A stretch of DNA of 64,000 nucleotides from an uncultured Actinomycetes bacterium (GCA_963742865.1 CAVUNW010000044.1:22436-86435); one strand, 5' to 3'; shown: positions 1-10,531, counted from the stretch's first letter. Notes: a model not told the origin generated them from the sequence alone. Numbers and translations are program-made.

Positions 1-371
1 CGTGCCCGCACCCCCGACGGCATCGAGCAGGAGATCTATGCCCTGCTGGTCACCTACCAGGCGCTGCGCACCGCGATCGCCGACGCCGCGGCCACGGCCC
101 CGGGCACCGACCCGGACCGGGCCAGCTTCACCATCGCCCTGAACGCCGCCCGCGACCAGGTTATCCTCGCCGCGGACGTCCTCGCCGGCACGTCATCGAC
201 CTCGCCGGGAACATCGGCCGCCAGGTCCTGGCCAGCCTCATGCCCGCCCGCCGCCTCCGCACCAGCCCCCGCGTCGTCAAGCGCGCCCTGTCCAGATACA
301 ACGCCCGCGGCAAAGTCGACCGCACCACCTACAAGGCCACCATCGACATCAACATCCTTGCCGCCCCTTGA
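1..371 (+). mobile_element. IS4-like DDE transposase, C-terminal part; the gene runs off the left edge and has one frame break near 188-192
   Basis: Frame 1 from nt 1 reads ..RTPDGIEQEIYALLVTYQALRTAIADAA..RASFTIALNAARDQVILAADVLAG. The continuation VIDLAGNIGRQVLASLMPARRLRTSPRVVKRALSRYNARGKVDRTTYKATIDINILAAP* is in frame 3 (stop 369-371). The pattern resembles C-termini of IS4-type transposases from memory. It is absent from the ORF track because there is no start codon in the window. Confidence 0.55.
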
Positions 372-423
372 CACCAGGAGATGGCCTTAACTAACCGGCC
401 TTGCCTTAACTCGGCATTGCGGC

Positions 424-429
424 TAGAGT
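424..429 (+). promoter_or_regulatory. -10-like hexamer TAGAGT 7 nt upstream of GTG 437 (possible leaderless transcript)
   Basis: TANNNT hexamer with 7-nt spacing to the start codon and no Shine-Dalgarno sequence between them. The same geometry occurs at trmI and dop. Confidence 0.25.
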
Positions 430-436
430 CGGGCTG

Positions 437-1234
437 GTGACGACCGTTCTGCTGGTGCGCCATGGCCTGACCGCGGCCACCGGCCACACCCTGTCAGGAT
501 GGACGCCGGGGATACCGCTGGACGACCGCGGCCGCGCGCAGGCCCGCGCCCTCGGTGCCCGGCTGGCCCGGCTCCCGCTGGACGCGATCGTCACGAGCCC
601 CCTGGACCGCTGCCGGCAGACCGCCAACGCGGTCGCCGCTGCCCGGGACCGTGGCCCGGAGATCCGCCAGGACGAAAGGCTCGGCGAGTGCCGGTACGGC
701 GACTGGACCGGTAAGCCGTTGCGGAAACTGGCCAAGGAGCCGCTGTGGCGGGTCGTCCAGGCCCACCCGAGCGCGGTCCGCTTCCCCGGGCCCGGCGGGG
801 AGTCCATGCTGGACACCCAGCACCGCGCGGTGGCCGCGGTCCGGGAGTGGAACGAGGTCCTGGGGCCCAAGGCGACGTACCTGATCTGCTCACACGGGGA
901 CGTGATCAAGGGCATTATCGCCGACTGCCTGGGCATGCACCTCGACCTGAGCCAGCGCATCCAGGCGGATCCCTGCTCACTGACCGTGATCCGCTACACG
1001 CCGCTGCGCCCCTTCCTGCTGCGGATGAACGACACCGGCGGCGGCATCGAGGACCTGATGCCGCGCAGTGCACATAAGACCAGTGCACATAAGACCAGCG
1101 CGGACACGAAAGGCCACGCCGAGAGCGACGCCGTGGTGGGCGGCGGAGCCGGGGCTGACCCGGCGAGCGGGCCGGCAGAGGTCCAGACCGGGGTACCTGC
1201 CGTTCGCGAACCATCAGCGGACGCGCGAGGATAG
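437..1234 (+). CDS. histidine phosphatase family protein (MSMEG_4193 / Rv2135c-type putative phosphomutase)
   Basis: N-terminus VLLVRHGLTAATGHTLSGWTPGIPLDDRGRAQA carries the RHG catalytic motif, and SHGDVIK occurs later. GTG start. The tail contains a perfect 15-bp tandem duplication (1067-1096, SAHKT x2). Confidence 0.85.
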   Translation: MTTVLLVRHGLTAATGHTLSGWTPGIPLDDRGRAQARALGARLARLPLDAIVTSPLDRCRQTANAVAAARDRGPEIRQDERLGECRYGDWTGKPLRKLAKEPLWRVVQAHPSAVRFPGPGGESMLDTQHRAVAAVREWNEVLGPKATYLICSHGDVIKGIIADCLGMHLDLSQRIQADPCSLTVIRYTPLRPFLLRMNDTGGGIEDLMPRSAHKTSAHKTSADTKGHAESDAVVGGGAGADPASGPAEVQTGVPAVREPSADARG

Positions 1235-1238
1235 GAGC

Positions 1239-1796
1239 ATGCCGGTCTACATGTACGACCCGCCCGACAGGTTCGTGGCCGGGTCCGTTGGGCAGCCGGG
1301 GGAGCGGACGTTCTACCTCCAGGCCACCTCCCACGGTCGTGTCACGAGTGTCTCGCTGGAGAAGTTCCAGGTCAACCTGCTGGCCGAACGTCTCGACGAG
1401 CTGCTCGACGAGGTGCTGCGGCGCACCGGCGGATCCCCTGAGGTGCCGGCCGCGCCGCCGGTCAGCCTGCAGGACGACGCGCCGCTGGACATGCCGGTAA
1501 TGGAGGACTTCCGGGTCGGCGCGATCGCGCTGGCCTGGGACGGCGATGACGGCCGGGTTGTCATCGAGGCTCAGGAGGCGAGCGAGGAACCAGTCGAGCC
1601 GCTGGCCGACGAGGTCCCGGCCGACGGGCCGGGCGTCCTGCGAGTCCGGATCACCCCCGGCGCCGCCCGGGCGTTCGCCCAGCGCGCGGCGCGGGTCGTG
1701 GCGGCAGGCCGGCCGCCGTGCCCGCTGTGCGGGCTTCCGCTGAGCGCCGACGGGCACATCTGCCCGCGCCAGAACGGGCACCGCGCCAGTGCTTGA
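1239..1796 (+). CDS. DUF3090 family protein (Rv2134c-like)
   Basis: MPVYMYDPPDRFVAGSVGQPGERTFYLQA... is a typical DUF3090 N-terminus. The C-terminus has a CPLCG..HICP zinc-ribbon-like motif. ATG is preceded by AGGATAGGAG. Confidence 0.85.
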   Translation: MPVYMYDPPDRFVAGSVGQPGERTFYLQATSHGRVTSVSLEKFQVNLLAERLDELLDEVLRRTGGSPEVPAAPPVSLQDDAPLDMPVMEDFRVGAIALAWDGDDGRVVIEAQEASEEPVEPLADEVPADGPGVLRVRITPGAARAFAQRAARVVAAGRPPCPLCGLPLSADGHICPRQNGHRASA

Positions 1797-2637
1797 CGGG
1801 TTCGCGAGTCCTCCCCGCCGCCGGCCGCCCGGCTCGGGCCGCCGCGCGGGGGCCAAGCGCCGGGACCGCGCCGCCGCACCCGAGGCCGATGGGGGTGGTG
1901 CCCTCCCGGGCTCCGTACCGGGGGAAGACGAGGCGGCCATGCAACTGCTGGCCCACGGCAGCCTGGAGATCCTCGGCCGGCTCGTGGAGGCGTCCAACGA
2001 GACCTGGTACTGCGCGGTGACCTCGGGCGACTACCAGGCCGCCTGCGTCTACAAGCCCATCACGGGGGAGCGCCCGCTCTGGGACTTCCCGACCGGGACG
2101 CTGGCCGGCCGGGAGGTCGCCGCGTACGCGGTCTCCCGCGCGGCCGACTGGAACGTGGTGCCGCCGACCGTGATGCGCGACGGGCCCTACGGCCCGGGCA
2201 TGTGCCAGCTCTGGATCGACATCGACCCGCAGGTCGACCTGATCGGGCTGGCCCGCCGCGCTGACCACGCCGGCCTGCGCGACCTCGCGGTCTTCGACGC
2301 GGTGGTGAACAACGCCGACCGGAAGATCGGGCACCTGCTGCCCATGCCCGGCGGGCATCTGTTCGGCTGCGACCACGGCGTCTGCTTCGCCGAGGATTAC
2401 AAACTCCGCACGGTGCTGTGGCAGTGGCGGGGCAAGACCCTGCCCCGGCGGGCGGTGGAGGCCCTGCGGCGGCTGTACGCGCTGCTGGAAAGCGGTGAGC
2501 TCGCGACCGAGCTGTCCCCCCTGCTCAGCCCCGGGGAGCTGGCGGCCATGAGCATCCGGGTGGAAAAGCTCCTCAAGCACCGGGTGCATCCGTACCCGCC
2601 GGAGGACTGGCCCGCCATTCCGTGGCCGCCCTACTGA
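1789..2637 (+). CDS. SCO1664 family protein (PI3/4-kinase-like; Rv2133c-like)
   Basis: Motifs ASNETWYC, VYKPITGERPLWDFPTGTLAGREVAAY, NNADRKIGH and CDHGVCF. The GTG start overlaps the upstream stop (GTGCTTGA). The start position is uncertain; the conserved part begins near MQLLAHG. Confidence 0.8.
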   Translation: MLDGFASPPRRRPPGSGRRAGAKRRDRAAAPEADGGGALPGSVPGEDEAAMQLLAHGSLEILGRLVEASNETWYCAVTSGDYQAACVYKPITGERPLWDFPTGTLAGREVAAYAVSRAADWNVVPPTVMRDGPYGPGMCQLWIDIDPQVDLIGLARRADHAGLRDLAVFDAVVNNADRKIGHLLPMPGGHLFGCDHGVCFAEDYKLRTVLWQWRGKTLPRRAVEALRRLYALLESGELATELSPLLSPGELAAMSIRVEKLLKHRVHPYPPEDWPAIPWPPY

Positions 2638-2671
2638 CGTCCGTTAAAAATCAATAATTCTTAACGGACGT
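2637..2671. repeat. 35-bp perfect inverted repeat ACGTCCGTTAA-N13(AT-rich)-TTAACGGACGT between convergent genes
   Basis: Arms at 2637-2647 and 2661-2671; spacer aaatcaataattc. The right arm is one copy of the 13-mer CTTAACGGACGTG, also found at 29963 and 55268. Confidence 0.7.
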
Positions 2672-2731
2672 GGCATCGAGCCCGCCGGGCGCCGGGGCTG
2701 ACCGCAGCGCTCGCCGTCCACGGTTAGCGGC

Positions 2732-3706
2732 TCAGATGCCGCCCGGCTCGCCGCGGCGGCCGCGCCGCCTCAGGTACCGCTCGAACTCGCGCGCGATCGC
2801 GTCCCCGCTGGCCTGCGGCAGGTCGGTGGCGTCCTTCGCCTCTTCCAGCGTGCGGACGTACTCGGCCACCTCGGAATCCTGCTGGGCCAGCTCATCGACG
2901 CCGCGTTCCCAGGCCCGGGCCTCCTCGGCCAGGTCGGCCAGCGGCAGCGGAGCGTCCAGGATGTCCTCCACGCCGCGCAGCAGCGCCAGCGTGGCCTTCG
3001 GGTTCGGCGGCGTGGCCACGTAGTGCGGCACCGACGCCCACAGCGACACGGCCGGGATGCCGGCCTGGGCCAGCGCGTACTGCACCACGCCCAGGATGCC
3101 CGTGGGGCCCTTGTAGTCGGAGAACGGCGCGGTCACGGTGGCGGACAGCTTCGGGTCCGACGCGCCGACGGACACCGGTACCGGGCGGGTGTGCGGCGCG
3201 TCCGCCAGGAGCGCGCCGAGCAGGATGACCGACTCGACCCCGAGCTCGGTCAGGCCCTCGACCAGCTCGCTGGTGAACGAGCGCCAGCGCATGTTCGGCT
3301 CGATCCCGTGCACCAGGATGATGTCCTTGCCCAGGCCCGTTCCGCTGGCGGACTGCTCGTCGTCCGCACCGTCGGCCGCATCGGGCTCAGCCATGGCGTC
3401 AGCGGGGTCGGCCGGGCCGGGCGCGGCGCCCCCGCGGGCCACCGACAGCCGCGTGGTCGGCCAGACCAGCCGCTCGATCCGGCCCTCCGTTATCTCGACC
3501 ACCGGGCGCGTCACCTGGAAGTCGTAGAAGTCCTCGGGCTCGATGGCGGCGATCGGCTGCGCCTGCCAGGCGATGCCCAGATGGCTGATTACGCCGCTCG
3601 CGGCCTCCCCGGCGTCGTTCCAGCCTTCGAAGGCGGCAATCGCGACGGGTGAGGTGAGCCTGCCCAGACGATCGAACTCGATGTCTCCCCCCTCCTCCCT
3701 GTACAT
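2732..3706 (-). CDS. PAC2 (proteasome assembly chaperone 2-like) family protein, Rv2125-like
   Basis: AAFEGWNDAGEAAS near the N-terminus, then GIEPNMRW, PVSVGASD and GILGVVQYA. The start is taken at ATG 3706 (MYREEGG); ATG 3766 is an alternative. The rest of the 575-aa track ORF upstream is antisense read-through of metH. Confidence 0.75.
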   Translation of the reverse strand: MYREEGGDIEFDRLGRLTSPVAIAAFEGWNDAGEAASGVISHLGIAWQAQPIAAIEPEDFYDFQVTRPVVEITEGRIERLVWPTTRLSVARGGAAPGPADPADAMAEPDAADGADDEQSASGTGLGKDIILVHGIEPNMRWRSFTSELVEGLTELGVESVILLGALLADAPHTRPVPVSVGASDPKLSATVTAPFSDYKGPTGILGVVQYALAQAGIPAVSLWASVPHYVATPPNPKATLALLRGVEDILDAPLPLADLAEEARAWERGVDELAQQDSEVAEYVRTLEEAKDATDLPQASGDAIAREFERYLRRRGRRGEPGGI

Positions 3707-3955
3707 GCGCCGCGCGGGCCGCGTGCGCCAGTCGACCCGGGCCGTGTTCGGCTGTGCCAGCGACATCGGGCCGGTGACACCGGGCACGACGCGCCCCGTC
3801 ACCGAGCGCTGTCGTGTGTCCCAGCCTACGTTGCCGGCGCACCTGCAAGCAGCATCCGCCGCAACCCCGGCAACGTGTTGCCCCTCACCGCGTCCCCGGC
3901 GGAGATCATGCCCGCGGGACGTATTTCCGGCCCGCCCGGGTTGCTCTTGAGTATC

Positions 3956-6900
3956 ATGCGGCAACCTCCGATCCGTACACTGGGCACGGTGAACGCGCCT
4001 GAGACGGATGATCTCAAGACAGCAGCTGATCTCGAGACAGCAGCGAAAGGCTCCGGGGGCGGTGCCCTCAGGTCGGCCCTGGCCAGCCGGGTGCTGGTCG
4101 CGGACGGTGCCATGGGCACCATGCTGCAGGCCAGCAACGCCGTCCTGGATGACTTCCAGGGCCACGAGGGCTGCAACGAGATCCTGAACGTATCGCGCCC
4201 GGACATCGTGCGCTCGGTGCACGACGCGTACCTGGCCGCCGGTGCGGACTGCGTGACGACCAACACGTTCGGCGCGAACTTCGCCAACCTCGGCGAGTAC
4301 GGCATCGCCGACCGCATCACCGAACTGTCCGAGGCCGGGGCGCGGATCGCGCGCGAGGCCGTGGACGCGGCGTCCGGGCCGGACCGCCCGCGCTGGGTGC
4401 TCGGGTTCCATGGGGCCGGGGACGAAGCTGCCGACGCTGGGGCACGTCACCTTCGCCACCCTCCGGGACGCCTACGAGCTCAACGCGGCCGGCCTGCTCC
4501 GCGGCGGCGCCGACGCGATCATCGTCGAGACGTGCCAGGACCTGCTGCAGGCCAAGGCCGCGATCATCGGGGCCCGGCGCGCGATCGCCGCGGCGGTGTC
4601 CGACGGTGCGGTAGCCGATGTCATGCTCATCGCGCACGTCACGATCGAGACGACCGGCGCCATGCTGCTCGGCAGCGAGATCGGCGCCGCGCTCACCGCG
4701 CTGGAGCCGCTCGGCATCGACGTCATCGGGCTCAACTGCGCCACCGGCCCCGGGGAGATGAGCGAGCACCTGCGCTACCTGGCCGCGCACGCCCGCATCC
4801 CGCTGTCCTGCATGCCGAACGCGGGACTGCCCGAGCTGACCGCCAGCGGGGCGCGCTACCCGCTCACGCCCGATCAGCTCGCCGACGCGCACGAGCGGTT
4901 CACCGGCGAGTTCGGCCTGTCGCTGGTGGGCGGGTGCTGCGGCACCACCCCCGAGCACATCGCCGCGGTCGTGCAGCGCGTCGGGGGCCGCACCCCGGCC
5001 CCGCGCCGCCCGCGCCCCGAGCCCGGCGTCGCCTCGCTGTACGCCCACGTTCCGTTCCAGCAGGACACGACGTTCCTGGCCATCGGCGAGCGGACCAACG
5101 CCAACGGGTCCAAGGCGTTCCGCGAGGCCATGGCGGCCGGAGCGGTACGACGAATGCGTGGAGATCGCCCGGGCGCAGACCCGGGACGGGGCGCACCTGC
5201 TGGACGTGTGCGTCGACTACGTCGGCCGGGACGGCGTGGCGGACATGCGGGAGATCGCCGGGCGCTTCGCCACGGCCGCCACGCTGCCGCTGGTCCTGGA
5301 CTCCACCGAGCCCCCGGTCATCGAGGCCGGGCTCGAGCTGCTCGGCGGGCGCGCGGTGGTCAACTCGGTCAACTACGAGGACGGCGACGGGCCCGACTCG
5401 CGGATGGCCCGCGTCATGCCGATGGTCCGCGAGCACGGCGCCGCGGTCATCGCGCTCACCATCGACGAGCAGGGGCAGGCCCGCACGGCGGACTGGAAGG
5501 TGTCCGTCGCGACCCGGCTGATCGAGGACCTGACCGGCAACTGGGGCATGCGCCGCCCGGACATCATCGTGGACTGCCTGACCTTCCCCATCGCCACCGG
5601 CCAGGAGGAGACCCGGCGGGACGCGATCGAGACCATCGAGGCGATCGCCGAGCTCAAGCGGCGCTACCCGGACGTGCAGACGACGCTGGGCGTCTCCAAC
5701 GTGTCGTTCGGGCTCAAGCCCGCCGCGCGTGCCGTGCTCAACTCGGTGTTCCTGGCCGAATGCGTGCGGGCCGGACTCGATTCGGCCATCGTGCACGCGT
5801 CCCGCATCATGCCCGTCAACCGGATCCCCGACGAGCAGCGGCAGGTGGCCCTGGACCTGGTCTACGACCGCCGCCGTCCCGACTACGACCCGCTGTCCCG
5901 CTTCCTGGATCTGTTCGAGGGCGTGGACATGGCCGCCGTCAAGGAGAGCCGGGCCGCGGAGCTGGCCGCGCTGCCGCTGTGGGAGCGGCTCAAGCGGCGG
6001 ATCATCGACGGGGAGCGCAAGGGCCTGGAAGCCGACCTGGACGAGGCGCTGGACCAGCGGCCCGCGCTGGAGATCGTCAACGACACCCTGCTCGACGGCA
6101 TGAAGACGGTGGGGGAGCTGTTCGGGTCCGGCCAGATGCAGCTGCCGTTCGTGCTCGCGTCGGCCGAGGTGATGAAGGGCGCCGTCGGGTACCTGGAACC
6201 GCACATGGAGCGGACCAACGAGGACGGCAAGGGCAAGATCGTGCTGGCCACGGTCAAGGGCGACGTGCACGACATCGGCAAGAACCTGGTCGACATCATC
6301 TTGTCCAACAACGGCTACGACGTGGTGAACATCGGCATCAAGCAGCCGATCTCCTCGATCATCACCGCCGCCGAGGAGTCGGGCGCGGACGCGATCGGCA
6401 TGTCCGGGCTGCTGGTCAAGTCGACCGTGGTGATGCGGGACAACCTGGCCGAGCTGAACTCGCGCGGCCTGGCGGACCGCTGGCCCATCCTGCTGGGTGG
6501 CGCCGCGCTGACCCGCGCCTACGTCGAGCAGGACCTGGGCGCGCTGTTCGAAGGCGAGGTCCGGTACGCGCGGGACGCGTTCGAGGGCCTGCGGCTGATG
6601 GACGCGGTGATGGCGGTCAAGCGCGGCGAGGACGGGGCGAAGCTGCCCGAGCGCCGGACCCGGCAGGTCCGCCGCCCGCTCCGGTCCCTGCCGGATGGCA
6701 CCGCGCCGGACGGCGACGCCACGGCCCGCTCCGACGTGGCCGAGCTGGCCGAGGTGCCGGAGCCGCCGTTCTGGGGGACGCGGGTCATCAAGGGCGTCCC
6801 GCTCGCCGAGTACGCCGCCTACCTGGACGAGCGGGCCACGTTCATGGGCCAGTGGGGCCTCAAGCCGTCCCGCCGCGACGGCGGCGTGACGTACGAGGAG

Positions 6901-7546
6901 CTGGTGGAGGAGCACGGCCGGCCGCGGCTGCGGATGTGGCTGGAGCGCGCCCGGGCCGAGGGCCTCCTCGAGGCGGCCGTGGTGTACGGGTACTTCCGCT
7001 GCGTCAGCGAGGGCAACGACCTGATCATCCTGGATGACGACGGGAAGGAGCGGGAGCGCTTCACGTTCCCGCGGCAGCGGCGGGACCGGCGGCTGTGCCT
7101 GGCCGACTTCTTCGCCTCCCGCGAATCCGGCCGCGACCGACGTGGTGGCGTTCCAGCTCGCCACCATGGGCAAGCGGGTCAGCGAGGCCACCGCCGAGCT
7201 GTTCGCGAAGAACTCCTACCGCGACTACCTCGAGCTGCACGGCCTGTCCGTTCAGCTCACCGAGGCCCTCGCCGAGTACTGGCACGCCCGCATCCGGCGC
7301 GAGCTGGACGTCGGCGCCCAGGACTCGGCCAGCATCGAGGACTTCTTCCGGCTGGGGTACCGGGGGGCCCGGTACTCGTTCGGGTATCCGGCCTGCCCGG
7401 ACCTCGCCGACCGAGCCAAGGTGGCCCGGCTGCTGCGGCCCGAAGACATCGGCGTCGAGCTCACCGAAGAGATGCAGCTTGTTCCCGAGCAGTCCACCGA
7501 CGCGCTCGTGGTCCATCACCCCGAGGCGAAATACTTCTCAACGTGA
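3956..7546 (+). pseudogene. metH: cobalamin-dependent methionine synthase MetH, with the reading frame broken three times (about 4400, 5145, 7130)
   Basis: Hcy-binding region (VLVADGAMGTMLQ; GLNCATGP; GGCCGTTP), pterin-binding region (IGERTNANGSKAF), B12-binding region (KGDVHDIGKNLV) and AdoMet-activation region (RYSFGYPACPD) appear in order. They are spread over four frames (track ORFs 3875, 4410, 5158, 7034). Confidence 0.85.
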
Positions 7547-8271
7547 CCAAGGCTCACGACACCGCGGTACCCGCCGCGCGTTTCACCGCCCTGCCCGATG
7601 GGATTGGGCCCCGTGGCCCGCAGGCCATCCTCTTCGACATGGACGGGCTGCTCATCGACTCCGAGCCGCTCTGGTTCGAGGTCGAGACCGAGGTGATGGC
7701 CCGGCTCGGCGGTACCTGGACCGAGGCCGACCAGCGCGAGCTGCTCGGCAGCTCGCTGGCCAACGCCGTCCGGTACTTCATGGCGCGGGCGCGGGTGCCC
7801 GCCGATCCGGCCCAGGTCGCGGAAGCGATGATCGGCGGGATCGTGGCCAAGGTCCGCGAGCGGGGCGTCACCATCATGCCCGGCGCCGCCGAGCTGGTGG
7901 CCGAGGTCGAGGCGGCCGGCCTGCCCTACGCGCTGGTCACCTCGTCCCAGCGCCGGTTCGTGGACGCCGTGCTGCCCCAGATCGGACTGCGCTTTCCGGT
8001 GGTGGTCTGCGCGAACGACGTCACCCGCGGCAAGCCCGACCCTGAGCCTTACCTGCTGGCCGCCCGCCGGCTGGGCGCGGATCCGGGCCAGTGCCTCGTG
8101 CTGGAGGACTCCGCGGTCGGCGTCACCGCGGCCGAGGCCGCCGGCTGCCGGGTCGTCGCCGTGCCTACCCTGCGCGCGATCGAGCCGCGGCCCGGCCGGC
8201 TGGTGGTACGTTCCCTGCGCGACATCGACCTCGGCTGGCTCCGGGCGGCCTGGACGGGCCGCCCGGAGTAA
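7543..8271 (+). CDS. HAD family hydrolase (beta-phosphoglucomutase-like subfamily)
   Basis: ILFDMDGLLIDSE (DxD motif), VTSS, and GKPDPEPYLLAA..LVLEDSAVGV. The GTG start overlaps the metH stop (GTGA). Confidence 0.8.
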   Translation: MTKAHDTAVPAARFTALPDGIGPRGPQAILFDMDGLLIDSEPLWFEVETEVMARLGGTWTEADQRELLGSSLANAVRYFMARARVPADPAQVAEAMIGGIVAKVRERGVTIMPGAAELVAEVEAAGLPYALVTSSQRRFVDAVLPQIGLRFPVVVCANDVTRGKPDPEPYLLAARRLGADPGQCLVLEDSAVGVTAAEAAGCRVVAVPTLRAIEPRPGRLVVRSLRDIDLGWLRAAWTGRPE

Positions 8272-8299
8272 GGCCAGTGTACGGCGCGCCTTACTGGCC
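8272..8299. terminator. stem-loop between the convergent HAD and ABC-transporter genes
   Basis: GGCCAGT-N14-ACTGGCC, directly after the HAD stop codon and 6 nt before the opposing stop. Confidence 0.3.
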
Positions 8300-8304
8300 G
8301 GGCG

Positions 8305-9388
8305 TCACTGGCTGCCGGTGGCCGGTTCCGTGACGGTCAGCTCACCGGCGTCCGCCTCCGGCTCGCGCAGCGGGAAGTGGCACGCGGCCAGGTGGCCCTT
8401 GGCGGTGAACGGCCGCAGCGGCGGCTCCTGCTCGGCGCAGATGTCCTGGGCGAGCGGGCACCGCGTGCGGAAGCGGCAGCCCGAGGGCGGGGCCACGGCC
8501 GACGGGAGCTCGCCCATCACGCCCTGGCTCTCCTTGGCCCGCTCCAGCAGCGGGTCCGCGACCGGGACGGTGTCGATGAGCCCCTTGGTGTACGGGTGGA
8601 CCGGGCCGAAGTACACGTCGTCGGCCGGCCCGACCTCGACCAGCTTGCCCAGGTACATGACGCCGATGGTGTCCGAGAGGTACCGGACCACCGACAGGTC
8701 GTGCGAGATGAACAGGTAGGTCAGGCCGTTGTCCTTCTGCAGGTCCAGCATCAGGTTCAGGATCTGCGCCTGGATCGACACGTCCAGCGCGGACACCGGC
8801 TCGTCGGCCACGATCATGCTCGGCCGCAGGATGAGCGCCCGGGCCAGGCCGAGCCGCTGCCGCTGCCCGCCGGAGAACTCGTGCGGATAGCGCTCCAGCG
8901 CCGCCTGCGGCAGGCCGACCTCATTCATGATCGCGGCGACCCGCTGTTCCTGCTCCCGTCGGCTGCCCTGCCTCTGGATCACCAGCGGCTCGCGCAGGAT
9001 CGTGGCTCACCCGCATTCTCGGGTCCATGGACGCGTACGAGTCCTGGAACATGAGCTGGACCTTGCCGCTGTGCCGCCGGCGGCCCCGGGTGCTGAGCTC
9101 GGCCAGGTCCTGGCCGTCGAAGTTGATCGAGCCGGCGTTCGGCTTCTCCAGGCCCACGATGAGGCGGCCGATGGTGGTCTTGCCGCAGCCGGACTCGCCC
9201 ACCATGCCGAACGTCTTGCCCCGCGGCACGTCGAAGCTGACGTCGGCCACCGCGCTGACGCTGCCGATCCGGCGCTGCATGATGGCGCCGGCGGTGACCG
9301 GGAAGTCCTTGACCAGGTGCTCGACCTTCAGCAGCGTCCCGTTGCGCGTGGCGCCGTTACCCGCCACCGACGGGGCGGTGGCCAGCAC
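8305..9388 (-). pseudogene. oligopeptide/dipeptide ABC transporter ATP-binding protein (OppF/DppF-like), one frame break near 9000
   Basis: Walker [10 protein letters not shown] lies in ORF 8921-9388. The signature FSGGQRQRLGLARAL, Walker B IVADEPVSALD and the C-terminal oligopeptide domain lie in ORF 8305-8982. Confidence 0.8.
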
Positions 9389-10458
9389 CGGGACGGCGCC
9401 CTCGGTCGGCTTCGGCCTCGGCCTCGGCCGCAGCCAGGGTGGGGGCGTCCGCGTCCTCGGCCGGTGCGTCGAGGGCGGCCTCGCCGACCGGGAAGAAGCA
9501 CCGGTACTCGTGCAGCGGGACGTCGCCCTTCAGCTCGGGCTCGGATTCCCGGCACGAGTCCTGCGCGTACCGGCAGCGCGCCGCGAACTTGCAGCCCGGC
9601 GGCGGGCTGGTCAGGTCCGGCGGCTGGCCGGGGATGTTGTACAGCCGCTTGGCCACGCCGACGGGCTCCACGATCTTGTCCGGCAGCGCCTCGAACAGGG
9701 CCTCCGTGTAGGGATGCCGGGGGTTGGCGAACAGCGTCGTCGGTGTCCGTCGTCTCCACCACCCGCCCGGCGTACATGACCGCGACCCGGTCGGCGCGCC
9801 CGGCGATGACCCCGAGGTCGTGGGTGACCAGGATCACCGCCATGCCGAGCCGCTGCCGGAGGCTGTCGAGGAGCTCGAGGATCTGCTTCTGGATGGTGAC
9901 GTCGAGGGCGGTGGTCGGCTCGTCCGCGATCAGCAGCTTCGGCTCGCAGGCCAGCGCCATGGCGATCATGACGCGCTGGCGCATGCCGCCGGACAGCTGA
10001 TGCGGGTAGTTGCCGATCCGCTCGGCCGGCTTGGGCATGCCGACCAGGCCGAGCACCTCGATCGCGCGCTCCAGGCCCGCCTTCTTGTCCGCACCCCGGT
10101 GCAGCCGGACGCTCTCCGCGATCTGGTCGCCGATCGTCATGGTCGGGTTCAGCGACGTCATCGGGTCCTGGAAGATCATGCCTACCAGGTTGCCGCGGAC
10201 GTCCTGCATCGCCTCGTCGTCGAAGTTCGTGATGTCCTGGCCGTCCAGGGTGATGCTGCCGCCGGTGATGTAGCCGCCGTTGGGCAGCAGCCGCATCACG
10301 GACAGGGCGGTCATCGTCTTGCCGCAGCCGGACTCGCCGACGATGCCCAGGCATTCGCCCGGCTCGACGGTGAGGTTGACGCCATCGATGGCGTGCACGG
10401 TCGACCTGCGGAGCCGGATCTCGGTGTGCAGGTCCTCTATTTCGAGCAGGGGTGCCAT
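9357..10458 (-). pseudogene. oligopeptide/dipeptide ABC transporter ATP-binding protein (OppD/DppD-like), one frame break near 9730
   Basis: [25 protein letters not shown] and [11 protein letters not shown] are in ORF 9328-10458. The C-terminal [16 protein letters not shown] part is in ORF 9357-9671. Confidence 0.8.
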
Positions 10459-10531
10459 GCGTCCTCGTCGTGCGGTATCTGGAGAGGAGCCGGCCGGGTC
10501 TGGCCGGCTTCCCGGGCGTACAGGTGGATGG

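Noticed and set aside
3767-3955. Possible SAH or SAM-type riboswitch in the metH leader (GAGCGCTG...GCCGGCGCAC, GCAACCCCGGCAAC)
   Set aside because: The segments needed for the conserved pairings do not complement each other, and I could not reconstruct a consensus fold by eye. An Infernal/Rfam scan is needed before any claim.
4900-7191. Very long ORFs antisense to clear genes, for example 4900-7191(-) 763 aa, 34629-37148(+) 839 aa, 26368-28362(+) 664 aa, 59961-61850(+) 629 aa, 915-1997(-) and 1651-2589(-)
   Set aside because: Their translations are Arg/Pro/Gly/Ala-rich low-complexity sequence typical of shadow ORFs in high-GC DNA. Each lies opposite a gene with strong family motifs.
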